Part shown: positions 35,934-48,843 of the stretch, piece after piece
Numbering within the stretch: the stretch's first letter is position 1
Layout: each line of letters starts with the position of its first letter
Assembly (NCBI GenBank): GCA_043228905.1
Contig: JBHGNT010000008.1
Location: forward strand, 5,332,001-5,396,000
DNA: 64,000 bases
Source of the DNA: Azolla caroliniana
Lineage: Eukaryota; Plantae; Polypodiophyta
Direction: 5' to 3'
Notes under the pieces: model-generated
Database searches by the model: none
Told to the model about the DNA's origin: nothing
The model's input: the letters and a program-made list of their open reading frames with translations, nothing else
Translations under genes and position numbers: made by a program

Positions 35934-38900
35934 TCTCATGCTATAATAGCATGATCTTATGTCAGGGTTGGTTGTGGTGATTTTTTTCTCTTGTTTACTA
36001 TTGTGATCCAAAAGATGTGTAAAATAACATTAACATTTCTAGGGAATATAGGACTATCATTTGTCTATTTAAATTCTTGCCGATGTATTTGTGACAATGG
36101 TTGTTTAAAAGATAGAATATATGTTTTATTTCAATGTTTGCCACTTTGTGGCTAAATAACCATAAGGGGTTGTGTCCAATACCTCCATAGAATCATGCAT
36201 CTAACATCATGCATGTTGTTAGAATGTTCAAAGTGTAACTCTACCTTAAGGAGGAAGTGCTACACCTAAAAGGAGGAGATTGTTAGAACAAGGACGTAAA
36301 TTTCTATGTGCTTTAAAGGAGGAATTTGACGCGTAGAAAAAGGAATATTGTAGCCTTTATACTAAAGGTGTAAATAAGGGTCACACACTAAGAGCCTTCC
36401 CATAAAAATAGCAAAGTAATCGTCATGCACACGTGTGTCTCATTACTCGATTTCCATGCCATCTGAATACTTTGTGCATAAAAGGACACGCCAATAATAT
36501 TTGGCACTTGAGCTAGACATGAATCAATAAAAGCTAGAAGACTTTACTTTGAAAATATTTGTCAATTACAACATTTATTCATCACTAGATCATGAAACAA
36601 ACTTCACATACCTTTCTAGTTACGAAACAAGGAAGGTGATATTATTGATCTAGCCTGGGATAATAGCTATTAGATGTACGCTACTACGCTCTCCTGAAAC
36701 ATAAAGTGAACCTCTAAATATTGTACACTTGTTTATGTGACTATAAAAGATGAAGCACACACTTTAAAATCCTTTGGAGTTTTTATTGTTGTCTTTCAAT
36801 AGAAATAAAAGCTATCAGAGAGCTATAAAAAAGGATATACGAAGACCACACAAATATTTTGAGCTTCCTTCTCATGAATTCCTTCAAACAAAAATTCAAT
36901 CCAAATATAAATTCATAGAGCATACCATATGTACTTGGTGCATTTGTTGAAAATCATGATTGTAATCTTACTTTCTTGAGAGAGGTTTTTTTATTGTATG
37001 TTTTAAATGTTCAATTATTTCTTTGAGTAATTTTCAATGGTAAGTAATAGGACATATAAAGTAAGGCCACACATAATTGTATGGTGTTAGCTTTCTTTCC
37101 GTCTTTTCTACCTTTACAATATTAGATATACATACACACATGAAGGACCCACTCACCGATGCACATGTGCGTGCATTTTTGGACAATGTCCTTATTATCA
37201 GCACCACTATTACATGGATGTGCATTTGAATTAGAGTTTTGATGGCATTTGAATTATTGTTTTGTAGCATCTGTAAGGTTGATTAGCGTTGAAAGTGAAA
37301 TATTTGGGCACTAATTAGGATCTATGAACACAGGAAAGCACACTATTCTTAGGACTTGAGTTTCTATTTTATGTGTGTCATCTATCACGATATTTGAGAG
37401 CATCTCTTTGCTCTTTCCTTTGAAACATTTTAGTTCATTGCGAATTGGAGATATATAGGTCCCCATCTATAGACATTGTTTCTGGATTTTCACCTCTTGT
37501 TGAGATTTCCCACATGTGAAATAATGTGCCATTAAAGAGAGAATGTGTGTGTTGTCTATATAATTTGCAATCAATGCCTCAACATCCCTTGTTTACGGTA
37601 TTTTCTTGAATAACATCCGTCCTTTGTCCGTTCATTTGTAAAGGAACATGTAAATGGGAGAAACTTTTAAGTCACTTTTTTAGAACCAACGAGATGTTTT
37701 TACTACTAGAACTTTGGGGTACACTCCAATTGGAGTTTTCCCCACCATAATTCCACATAAATACACTCATGAGTTCACCCATGGGTAGGGGTGATAGGGA
37801 CCTAATCCTTGTGAGTTCTATTTAGATATGAGACTTCATTATGTAGCTTGTGTTATATGAACATGTCATTTTGATAATGACAAGAGCCACAACTCTTACT
37901 TAGAAGGGAAAATGAAACAACCACAAGATTGTTGAGGTATGAGGGCACATTCTTGTGTTATGCATCTTAATCTCCCCAAAAATTTAAGTTCGTAAGATAT
38001 TAAGTTACAAGAAAATATCGGGGATATGTCATACAAAGAAAAACAAATCCTAAGCAACTAGATGCATATTAATTAAATTGTTTTCTTTCTCTTTCTTTTG
38101 TTTTGGAGGAAAAATTCTAAGCTTTGACTATAGATAGTTAGTGGCTAAGCTCAAAGCTTTGAGGCAAAGTTAACAAACATAAGGTCTTTCCAAAATATCA
38201 CATCTAGGATACATGAGTTTTTTTTAAATTTATCTTTCATTTCTTGCACAAATCTTGTCGGACATTGCTTGATTTGATGTTTGGTTGAGAAGTTCAATTT
38301 CTCTCATATAGGTCTTATATTTTATCAATGTGATTTTGAGCGTTAAGAAGTAATGTGTGACATTAAAGGTAAACACATTTGTTTTCCAACTATGATTTCT
38401 ATCTCTATACCTAATTTATTCTTGCCTTTGAGTCTAACACTTTTCCGTACAAAAGTGATTTAATGCTCTTACATTACAATGTCGTGGTGTTGCTATGTGA
38501 GCGAAAGTTGCGAGGGTGTGTAAAAAGGTCACAAGAATTATTTTAAAGGTGACTAGTTGAAAAACATAAAGATACAAGGGATATGTAGAAAGCCATTGTG
38601 ATGAACGATCGTTATCGAGACGACAAGTACAAGTACTAGTCCAAGGTTTGAAAGACAAATATTATTGGAAGAAGCCATATGCGAGTGTCCTCCGAAGTAC
38701 CGGCAAGACTGACATTACGTAGGTCCGAAATCAAGAAATTGATCTCATATTGTCTGACAACCCATGTTGAGAGGACTATAGATGATTAGAGGCAACATAA
38801 TTGACAAATCTCTTTCCAATAGAGAATTGAGCTCATCTATATGTAGTAGACCTTAGCCTATAGTGGGCTAAGGTTTGCTTCTTTCTTTGATTGATTTTTT

Positions 38901-38998
38901 CAATCATTTTGTGCACAAACACACACACAATATATATATATATGCATAATGTTGTATTAAATACTTACTAGTATTAATACTCTCAATTGGATTGTAGA

Positions 38999-40776
38999 AT
39001 GAAGCTACTTATACTCTTTTGTATCAATATAATTCTCTTGCATCATTATATCATTATTTCACCTTCCAAATCCATTCCCATAAATGCTTCAATGCTGATG
39101 TTAAGGAATATTGTGAAATGGCCTAAACTTTCCTCATCAGGTAAATGATCATATTACTATTTAAGACCTATTATAATAAAAAATTAAGGATTCCCTAATT
39201 TAAGGTTAGTTCTTTCAATAAGCCTTTATTTGTCATTGGATTCAATCACTTAATTTGTAAAGATTTCTAATTAGACTTGGTATTTGATAGGTTCCCCCAT
39301 ATATCGACTTAAGTTTTATAATAAGATCCCTAAATTCAGTTAACCTTAGTTTCAATAAACAATGCTTGATTAATAACAAAATATTGTATCTAATTAAAAA
39401 AACCATAAAAGTTTGTGATTTAGTTTTAGTTAGTAAAATGTGTGGATGTTTTTCATGGTTTTTTGGCTAATTGATTAGTTATTAATAATTATGTTGAAGA
39501 GAATAATAAACATTAACATTTGTAATTCATTTTACAAAATTGGACTTAACTTTTTTAACAGATTCACACCATCATCGAGATATGATGCATCATTGGTGGA
39601 ATATGACTCGAGTAAGATACAGTTAAATTAGATTAGTGATAATATTAGATTGATACCCAAGTTTAAAGAATAATTAAGGTGGTTTAAATATAGTCTCACG
39701 CTCACACACTCAGTAATTAATATACCTATATGTGATAGTGCCCCCAAAATCACTATCGAAAATGCAGACTCGATTGTGATTCTAGAGCAAGATATACAAA
39801 GTTGTGATTTAAAACCACAACTCAATTTGTGATTTTAAAATTGCAACTCGATGAGTGATTCTAGATAGTTTTATAATTTGAAACCACAACTTAATTTGTG
39901 ATTTTAGACCTTGGAGATAGAGATTAATTTTAAACCATAGTTCAATTTGTGATTATCGAGAGAGATAAGAGACTTGTAAATTAAAACCACAAGTCAATTT
40001 GTGATTTTAGGAGAGAGGGTCGTGATTTAAAACAATAGCTCGACTTTTGACTTTTACTGGTGTTAGTAAGTAGTATCTCACTAATAATTGACATTAATTC
40101 ACAAATATCATTAATGATCTCAAGATTAATATGCACATCCATAACATTACTAATGCTAGACTTTATGTCATTTGCGGATGTCGATTAATGATTTTGGACG
40201 AATAAACTATATTTATTAACCATCTTATTGGATTGGTGTAGTGACATTCATGCATAATGTGGCTCATGCTCCTAACTTTCTAAGAATTTTTCTTGGGTAT
40301 CCTGCTCATGCTGTCGAGTACCCTTTGATGTGTAAATACTTGGTTTCCATGATATCCAACTCAACATGCAAAACCTTATTTATATGGTACCCTTTTCTAC
40401 ATGTTGTAGTACTTCAGTCATATAGTCCCTTTGGAATTCGTAAAAAAATTCTTGTTTTACAAAAGATGCTAACTAGACCTAACTAGACCAATTTAATATG
40501 GAAATTTTCCAATTGATTATAATTTGAAATCAAAGTAAACTAAATGAAGGATATACTTAAGACTTAATCTAAGAAATGGACGTGTAGAGAAAGATGATTG
40601 GATCGACACCACCCAAGTGTGAAAGGAGATCATGTGGAGGATGTCGACCATGTAGAGCTGTATTGGTACCTATACACAAGTCCCTTGTTAATTTTAACTT
40701 CTCACCCCCTCCAGATTATTATCCTCAAACATGGCATTGTGCTTGTGGTGGACACATATTTAATAATCATAATTAA
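38999..40776 (+). CDS. EPFL: EPIDERMAL PATTERNING FACTOR-like secreted cysteine-rich peptide; exons 38999-39140, 39562-39611, 40588-40776; 126 aa
   Basis: Spliced product MKLLILFCINIILLHHYIIISPSKS...WWNMTRRKMIGSTPPKCERRSCGGCRPCRAVLVP...DYYPQTWHCACGGHIFNNHN has a hydrophobic N-terminus, GSxPPxC and 6 Cys. GT-AG introns have compatible phases (1, 0) and CTTAAY branch-like motifs before both acceptors. Confidence 0.88.
39770..40050. repeat. Degenerate short repeats (AAACCACAACTCAATTTGTGATTTTA) in EPFL intron 2
   Basis: About 6 imperfect copies, probably a TE subterminal relic. Confidence 0.7.
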
Positions 40777-42979
40777 ATCTGTTTATTTCGGTAATCAATC
40801 TCATAAGTTATAACCAGAAGTGTTACTCCTCACCATATAACCCCACTAATATATACTGGTTTTATGTATTTATGTTGAATATCTATGTGAACTACTTTAG
40901 TATATCTCCGTGACGTCACTATAAAGAACTATATGTCCACAACTCTAATAATCATACTATTGAAATGTACAATTTATCTACATTGCTATGTTTCATAAGT
41001 ATAACTATATTCAATGAAATATTTGAACTACATTACTATGTTATCCCGTATAATCTTATTCCTTGCAAATTCTCAACAATTTGCATGGTGTTATCACAAC
41101 CCAAAAAATGTTATCAAGACCTCATAAAGGTTTTGTTAAAGATGTTTATATATCATGGAATTGGTTGGGTTGATCATAATGCATCAATATATATTGTCAT
41201 AATAATTGCCAATTTTTTTTCCTGAATAAAGATTTCTTTATCATTAAGCTAGGTACATATGTGATTATTAATTTGCCATTTAGAACAATAGTTGATTTAG
41301 TATATCAATTTGTATTTAACCACAATACATAATACGGGAATGTTACCAAAGTACCTTTGAATTGTTATGAAGTCCCTACGTTTCCTTCATTCTGAAAACA
41401 TGGACAAATTTCTCATGGATAAATAATTTTCATATATACTGTAGTTCATAGTACGTAAAATTCGTGTTCGTCTAGCATAACATTCGTTATCCTACGTTGG
41501 AAAACGAATGCGAATGTTTTTAAATTTTTTTCCCCATTTTTTAATGTTTTTTTTGTTTTATTTCCATTTTTTTGGCTTTTTTACCTCATTATAAATAGTT
41601 AATCCAAAAGTATGGTATTTATCATTCTTTGAGGGTGTTTTTCTCACGTGAATGATTGAAACATTCGCGAATGCGAATTCACGTATGGTACATATGGTTT
41701 TTACTATGCTTTAGTTAAATGATTATGAGACACATTTGAATCTCAATGATGTAAAAAACAAGGCGCTTTAAAAAGGACATTTGTGTGATATGGTTACATA
41801 TTTATGAGTTCCTTGATTTCCCAACTTAGTGACCCAGGGACTACAACTACATCTCTACAACTTAGGTTATTGATTATTTGAGCCACACAAATAGATTTTG
41901 TAAAGGGCATGCATTTGCTTAAATTGAAGAAGAGCTTTTCATGTGATAACTCATAACTAGCTCAAGGCATCCTTCCTTGGGATGGCCTTATTCAATTAAG
42001 AAGAACCTATTGTTTCATCCGTTTGAATGCAACCTCTTGGGCATTGCTGTTTTTATGTGCCATATCTAAAACTATCTTGATGTGAAGTTTAAACAATGAG
42101 TTTTATGTTGAGTCAAACAAACTGAACTTATGTGACCTACTAAAAAATATGATTGGATGGTACAAGAATGTAACCAAATCAAAACTCGTTCATCCCATTG
42201 CTCTAATTTGGACTAATAAATGTAGTTCTTATATGTGAAGTTAAAACAAGAAATTATGTGTTGGGTTACATCCTAAAAATATGTGCGTTGCGACAAACTG
42301 TAACATTGATAATGATGTCTACAATAATAATAATGCATACAATAATGAAGAACTAATGAGGAAGATGATATATAATGAAAGTGATCTCGCATGTTGGTTG
42401 CTCTGTGGAATATGTCTATATTTAAGATAACTAGAATATATTCCACACTCATTCTTCGACAATTAACATAAACAATCTGGAGAGTTATAGAGACTCATGA
42501 ATCTTTAGATCCATTTGATGTTGACCATTAATATCCATATCTATTAGATATGAGATTTGGTCATTTGTCTAACCATGATGATGATGCTAATGAAGAAGTG
42601 TAATGACAAGTATAACCTTAATATGTAGAAAGGTAATAAAGTAGTGGGTGCAAAGAGTGTTCATAAACACATTATCATCTAGTAAACTTTGGTAATTCCA
42701 ATATTCCAATACCTAGATCCTTCACCATTGTGTTGTTTGATAGAGTAACACTTTTGCTGGATAAATAAATTAATGGCAACAAAAACTAAGAGAATTCAAC
42801 ATTTGTCAATGCCTTGTTTCATGAGGAATTCTAAGCAAAGTTTCAAAAAAATCCAACTTCTTCTCATATTGTATCTCGACCCGTACACGGTAAATACTTA
42901 TTGATGCAACCCTTAAAATCATGATGACCTGCATGTCATATGCATTCAATCTAGTGTTGGGAACTATATGTATATTTAA

Positions 42980-43204
42980 CATCATTGTTAAGTACTTGTT
43001 GTATAAACATTGGCATTGCTACCAAGGACCAAGGTGAGACCAAAACAAGAAGAACAGAGTAAAGTTAGCCATATGTATTTATTGTAGTATTGGAAACCAC
43101 ACGTATATATACCATCATTGTTAAGTACATGTCATACAAACATTGGCATTAACACCTAGGACCATGTACGAAACTAAGAGAAGGGGAACACAATAAAGTT
43201 AGCT
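42980..43204. repeat. Old imperfect tandem duplication (~134-bp period)
   Basis: CATCATTGTTAAGTAC..AAACATTGGCATT..GGACCA..TAAAGTTAGC occurs twice. Confidence 0.7.
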
Positions 43205-44780
43205 CTAGAGCTAGAACACTAATGGTTACACCAATCTGAAAGGGGAAAATCTCTTTGTAAATGATCTATAAAGTTTTACATTTGTGATTTTTTAGTGTTT
43301 TAGCTAATATTTAGTGGGCAAACCTTAAGATATATATAATTTATTATGGGGTACAAACCTTAAAGATACATATAATTTATTATGTGGAGCAAATCTTAAA
43401 GATACATATCATTTAGTGGATGAAATGAAACTATAGTTTTAGCCATAGATTGACATATTCGCATTTGTGGGGCTTCCCCACGAATGTATAGGAATACAAA
43501 TATGAGTCCATAAACAAATATTCGTAAAAAAAAAGGAGAGTTCATAAACTCCCTCCTTTTTAGTCTCCTAGATAAAAAAAGGGAACTTGTCAATAAAATG
43601 GGGACTTAGAGTCTTAATACTAATAATATTTTTATAATAGATGTAAAAAAAGTATTTATTTTATTAAAAAAAAAAGCTTAAGTTTTTTCCCCACTTTTTA
43701 CTCTCCCAAATTTTGTGGATATTTTTTATTTAACATTAAAAGGGGGACTTGAAACTAATTATATTTCTATAATAAATGTAAAAATATTTGTTTTTTAAGA
43801 AATAAATAAAAAAAGAAATCATAAATCAATAAAATAGAATAAAGGTTCATAAAATCCCCCATTTTTTATTTGACACTAAAAAGGACAATTGACACAAATT
43901 ATATTTTATAATCTATTAATGAGTGATTATTCTTTTTTTAGTGAATTAATTAATTAATTTTGGAAAACAAATGGTTTTATAAATTTTTGGGGCCATTTTT
44001 TATTCTCAAATATTGTGAATATCACGCATGTGTCAATCTATACTTTTATTTATATGTATTTAATTTTTTATTGGGAAAAGTACCAGGATACCCCTGGAAG
44101 TTTGTCTATTTACCAGAATGCCCCTAGAAGTTCCAAATTTACCAAACTACCCCTATGTCCAAAAAAATACACATTATAAAGTAATTATACACTTAAATCT
44201 ACAAGCCCTATTTACCAAAATACCCTTAAGCCTAAACTTATTTACCATAATGCCACTATATACCTATTTTGACCAATTTATACCACTTTTATTTTTCAAA
44301 ATACATGATAAATCAAACTAAATTATCGAAATTATATTATATATCAAAAATTTCAATTGAAAGGTCGCCTTAAAATCCAATTCTATAAATTTACACCGAG
44401 TTATAGTGGCTTAATCCCATAAAACCAAAATTTGTGATTGAAGTGACCAAAATGTAATCTTAAAACCAAAACATTTGATCACACACCGAATTTTACCATT
44501 GGGATGCCATTTTGAAGCCAATTTCCATGAATTTGCGGATTCGCAAACAATTTGCGGCCAAAATGTTAAACCAAATCTCACGAAAAACTCTGCTACCAAA
44601 ATGTCATTTAAACGAAATCTCACATAACACTTTGCTATTAAAATGCATCTTAAACCAAATTTCATGATTTTACACTAAATTTTGTTAGCAAAATGCAATC
44701 ACAATTAAATCTCCTCAATTTCATCAAATTCAAAAATACTCGCAAACCAAAAATAATTATCGAATAATGCACAATCGTCA

Positions 44781-47002
44781 CTAACTTGGGGCCCTACAAC
44801 TGCGAGCAATGTGTCCTTTCCCACTACACCTTCCACAACGATGTTCTTTCTTCTTTGTGCCTTCTTCTATTGTGCGTATACATTTGGTTTTTGGACGTCC
44901 AAGAGGTCTTTGTGTGGCTAGTGGTAACATGCCTCCAACAATATTATCATGCATAACAACAACAGGAAATATTGGCTCCTTGTAAGTATCACAATATGAT
45001 TGCAACAAATATGCCTTGTGTGCAAAAGATTGAACTCTTTCTTTTTGAAACAAAATAGCAACCGTTGCATGTGCACAAGGTAACCCCATATCTTGCCTAT
45101 TAGAGACATGTACTAAAGTAAGCATTAGATAAGGATAGATCTAGATAGATAGAAAGAAAGGAGAGAGAGAAAGAAGGGTGCCGATCCACCCGACCACCCC
45201 CGAGCGAAGAGATCGAGACAGACTCCAGCCTTGATCGGCGTCCCATACCACCGCCGTGGCGTCGAGTCGTACCTGGTGCTGGCGCGCTCGCTACAAGAAT
45301 TGATCCACCACAAGACAGAGTCTCGACGTAGTCAACAAGATGATCAATGAGGGTAGCTAGGCCTCTATTTATAGCGATACCCCAGGCCCCCAGCCATGTT
45401 CACACTTGGCCTAATGGGTTGTCTCAATCCCGAGGATTTAAAAGTAATCCTCCCCCTCACACTTATCCACGTGTATAGAATACTACGGTAAATTCTCACC
45501 ACGGGATATTATATAGTCATGCCCGTAACACTGCCATTGTCCACAAGTACATATCTTCTTATCCACATAAACAATCCTAACATGTTTCAAAGTATGGATA
45601 TGAAAAACATCATTAGTAGATGGCAAAATACGGTATAGTTTTCCTTGTTGTATGGATTCTCTAATGAATTTCTCTGCATATCCAACCAATGCATCATGAG
45701 TTATCTCTCCATTAACCAATCCAATATGTGCTTTAGAAGTTTCTCTATTAACCCTCCTTTGATAAAACCATGACATTATCTTTTGGTGCATCAATTCCAT
45801 CATCCCTAGAATAGGCATAACGTTAGCCTCTAATAAGCCTGCATTTAGGGACTCGACAATGTTAGATGTCAAGTGTCCAAACCTTTTCCCTGAAAACTTA
45901 CATGTAGCCCAATGTGAGGGGTCGGTGGTGCTCATTAGCCATTCAACTGCATTACTATTTAAAGTGCGTATTTCTCCAATGATAACATCAAAGTCTTGAG
46001 TATTAGTTGCATTTGCAGCTTTCCACAACATCCCCAATAGTTGAGTGCTTTTAAAAGCTTTTCTGAAATTGTCTGATAGATGGCACATGCAATATCCATG
46101 TGATGTATCATTGCCAAACACCAACATGACACCATCCACTAAACCCTTTTGTCTATCTGAAATAAACGTTATTGGATCTGTGTGTCGAAGAACATCCTTC
46201 AAACTTTGAAGAAACCAACACCAATTATCATCATTCTCTGCTATTACTACACCAAATGCAACCGGAAACAAAGCACCTTGTGCATCAATGGTAGTAGCCG
46301 TGAGAAGGACTCCTAGATATTTTCCTTTCAAATGAGTTCCATCTAGACCAATTGTTGGTCTACAATGCATGAAACTATTTATGCTTGCATTGTAAGCGAT
46401 GAATATGCAAAGAAAGCAACCTTCAATTGTTTCTTGAACATGTGCCACTACCAGGATTAGCTTCTAAAATGTTTTGACAATAATTTCGAAGATTTTGATA
46501 TGCAAATACATGATCCCCATGGATTTGAGCATGTGCATTTTCTTTTGGTTTCCACGCTACCTTGTAAGAGATAGTGACGCCTTTTTCACGACGCACATCA
46601 CCAATTAGTTCCTTTGGTGTGTATGTAAGATGATATTTAAACTTCTCCAATGTTGTTTCAACCAACCATTTTGATCTTACTTCTTTGTTCCCCAAGTGTT
46701 CTTCCCTATTCTTCTTGATTTGGCATGTTGGATGTCCTTCAATACAAGATGCACACAACCTCCATTGACATCTAGAAGTTAATATAGCAAAAGTCATGTG
46801 AGCACAAAATTAAGATTAAAAGTCAAGTGAGTGTAAAAGCATATGAGTACAAAATTCATGTGAACCTTGTTTTATCCGACTTGATCACTCTTAACTCAAC
46901 ATGAGAGCCAATTGCATCATCTCTCACAGCTTGTTGAAGCTCCTTCAAAGAGTCAAACTGCCTTCCCTCCACCAAAGTCATTCTATGAGAGACATCAACC
47001 AT
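44781..47002 (-). pseudogene. MuDR-type transposase (N-terminal domain, MULE DDE, SWIM, CCHC), frameshifted and interrupted
   Basis: GLDGTHLKGKY, FISDRQKGL, YCMCHL, TSNIVESLN, CTCGQWQ|DMGLPCAHA, CGRCSGKGHIARSC. Confidence 0.93.
45098..45530 (-). mobile_element. Solo LTR (433 bp) inserted in the MULE SWIM finger
   Basis: Minus strand TGTTACGGG...CTCTAATA; TSD TTGCC/CTGCC; TATA CTATAAATAGAGG at ~45362-45374; removal restores WQDMGLPCAH. Confidence 0.82.
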
Positions 47003-47145
47003 CGAAATGAGAGATAGACAAATAGAAGAAGAAGAAGAAGAAGAAATCTTTGAAGGATACAAGAAAAAGAGAAATTAGTAGGAAAAGGGGATTGAATAAT
47101 AAAAGAAGAAAGAGCAAACCTAATAATAGAGAAATGACCACATAT

Positions 47146-47187
<42 letters not shown>

Positions 47188-47194
47188 GCCCAGA

Positions 47195-47383
47195 TGGATG
47201 TAGCTAAGTTGGTAAGGTTGCCCAATGGAGACCAGGTGGTCATGGGTTCAACCCTTACATTCCACAGTGGCATCTAGTAAATTAAGAGATATATAAGAAG
47301 TATATAAGAGAGAGGTGAGGAAGTTGGGTTTCGAACCCACAACGTAGTGCTTGTAGTGCTAACAACTTACCACTAGGGTAAGG
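47195..47383. promoter_or_regulatory. Convergent pair of tRNA-like A-box/B-box cassettes in the MULE 5' region
   Basis: Plus: TAGCTAAGTTGGTA (47201-14) and GGGTTCAACCC (47244-54). Minus: TACCCTAGTGGTA (47380-68) and GGGTTCGAAACCC (47338-26). Bracketed by (CA)n and (GA)n tracts. Confidence 0.65.
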
Positions 47384-47733
47384 TAATTATGATAAAAAGA
47401 GAGAGAGAGAGAGAGAGAGACTAACTGATGAAGAGAATTGATGATGAACAAGAAAGAAAAGAAAGACTACCCAAAGAATCACTTAAGTAAATAAGTTTAG
47501 GTTTAAGGGTATTTTGGTAAATATGGCTTGTAGATTTGAGTGTATAATTACTTTATAAAGTGTATTTTTGTGGACATAGGGGTAGTTTGGTAAATTTGGA
47601 ATTTCCAGGGGCATTCTGGTAAATAGACAAACTTCCAGGGGTATCCTGGTACTTTTCCCTTTTTTATTTTAGATAATTGGGTACATATCCCATTACTTTA
47701 ATAAATTGCTCATGGGCCAAATTTGGTATTAGT

Positions 47734-47771
<38 letters not shown>

Positions 47772-47809
47772 TTTATTCTCACTTCCCCCCCACATATTAC
47801 CTATCACAT

Positions 47810-48236
47810 TAACAATCGGTAACGATTTGGTTTAGTTTGAGATTGTCAAAACCGAACCGTTTAAATTTTTCGAAACTTGAACCACGAAATCGAATCGAAT
47901 CGAACCACGAAATCATTAATCCGAATAGTTTTAAAAGATCCAAACCATTCAACCGTTAAAACCGCGGTTTCGTGGTTGGTTTCGGTTTTCAACTTAGATC
48001 AAAATTCAAAATTTAAATTTTATTAATTTAAAATATTTCATTAATTTAAATTTCAAAATTTCAAAATTTTAAAGATTTTAAAGATTTTCCTAAAATGTGA
48101 GAATAAGGCTTGGTTTCTAACTATTGAAATGGAACTGAACTGTTTAAAAAAACCTAAACTTGAACCGAACCGTTTAAACGTTTAAGCCATAGTTTTGCGG
48201 TTCGTTTGGTTCAAACCGAACCGTTGCCGACTATTA
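47810..48236. mobile_element. hAT-type MITE, same family as 33973-34494, opposite orientation and older
   Basis: Degenerate TIRs TAACAATCGGTAACG / CGTTGCCGACTATTA; TSD TATCACAT/TGTCACAT; the shared internal segment is reverse-complemented. Confidence 0.88.
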
Positions 48237-48299
48237 TGTCACATACTGAAGCATTTGGAAACCTCATGATTTAACGACGTATTTCAATCTTCAAATGTC

Positions 48300-48570
48300 A
48301 CCAATTTTTAACAGACACACTATAAGCATCGATTTGTGACACCTCTTAGCAAATCAAAGGGCGTGCTAATGCCCCGTTTTGTTGTAGTGAATTTAGTTTG
48401 GCTTCAACAAACATCGTGATTGTTGGTCACAAGAATCAATCCCTGTTGAGAAACACTACAATAGAAATGGGCATTAGCGATTCCAAAAGTCGTTATAAAG
48501 AATGTTGCTATTGGCTTGTCGCTATACACTGCATTTTGTGATACGTTTTGCGACCCCTTAAAATGACTAT
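48300..48570. mobile_element. Two CACTA terminal remnants, back to back
   Basis: A right end ..CCCCGTTTTGTTGTAGTG ends at 48389 and a left end CACTACAATAGAAATGGG starts at 48454; TAGCGA/GTCGCTA-type subterminal motifs. Confidence 0.6.
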
Positions 48571-48800
48571 TTTCTAGCCTATAAATAAAGACATCCCTCT
48601 CATTCTCTCTCCCATGCTTTTGTACTCTCTTTCTCTCTCTATTGGTCTAGCCATCCCTCATTATGTCATTGTCTTCTTGGTCTCATCCTCGCCCACTCTC
48701 TTTACTCACGTTGATGACAAACCATGTTGGGTAAGGTGTAACTGCATGAAAAATTTAACATGTAAAAAATTGAGACAAATGATTGAATAAATTTTTAATT

Positions 48801-48843
48801 ATTATACAAGTGTCATTACAAATTGTAATGACACTTGTATAAT
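48801..48843. repeat. Perfect inverted repeat with 21-bp arms
   Basis: ATTATACAAGTGTCATTACAA-A-TTGTAATGACACTTGTATAAT; extends imperfectly to 48789-48855. Confidence 0.92.

Larger units (their letters stand above)
44073..47659 (-). mobile_element. Mutator-like DNA transposon (MULE) with degenerate transposase
   Basis: 173-bp TIRs 44073-44245 and 47487-47659 beginning GGGAAAAGTACCAGG; perfect 9-bp TSD TTTTTTATT. Confidence 0.96.

Noticed and set aside
36240-36420. Possible copia PPT plus LTR start (AGGAGGAGATTGTTAG)
   Set aside because: Too decayed; no second terminus, TSD or coding remnant found.
41430-42650. Possible degenerate MITE and transposase relic downstream of EPFL
   Set aside because: Only weak inverted similarity and no readable protein motif.
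33973-48236. Two same-family MITEs as ends of a macro-transposon carrying EPFL
   Set aside because: Each MITE has its own distinct 8-bp TSD, so they are independent insertions.
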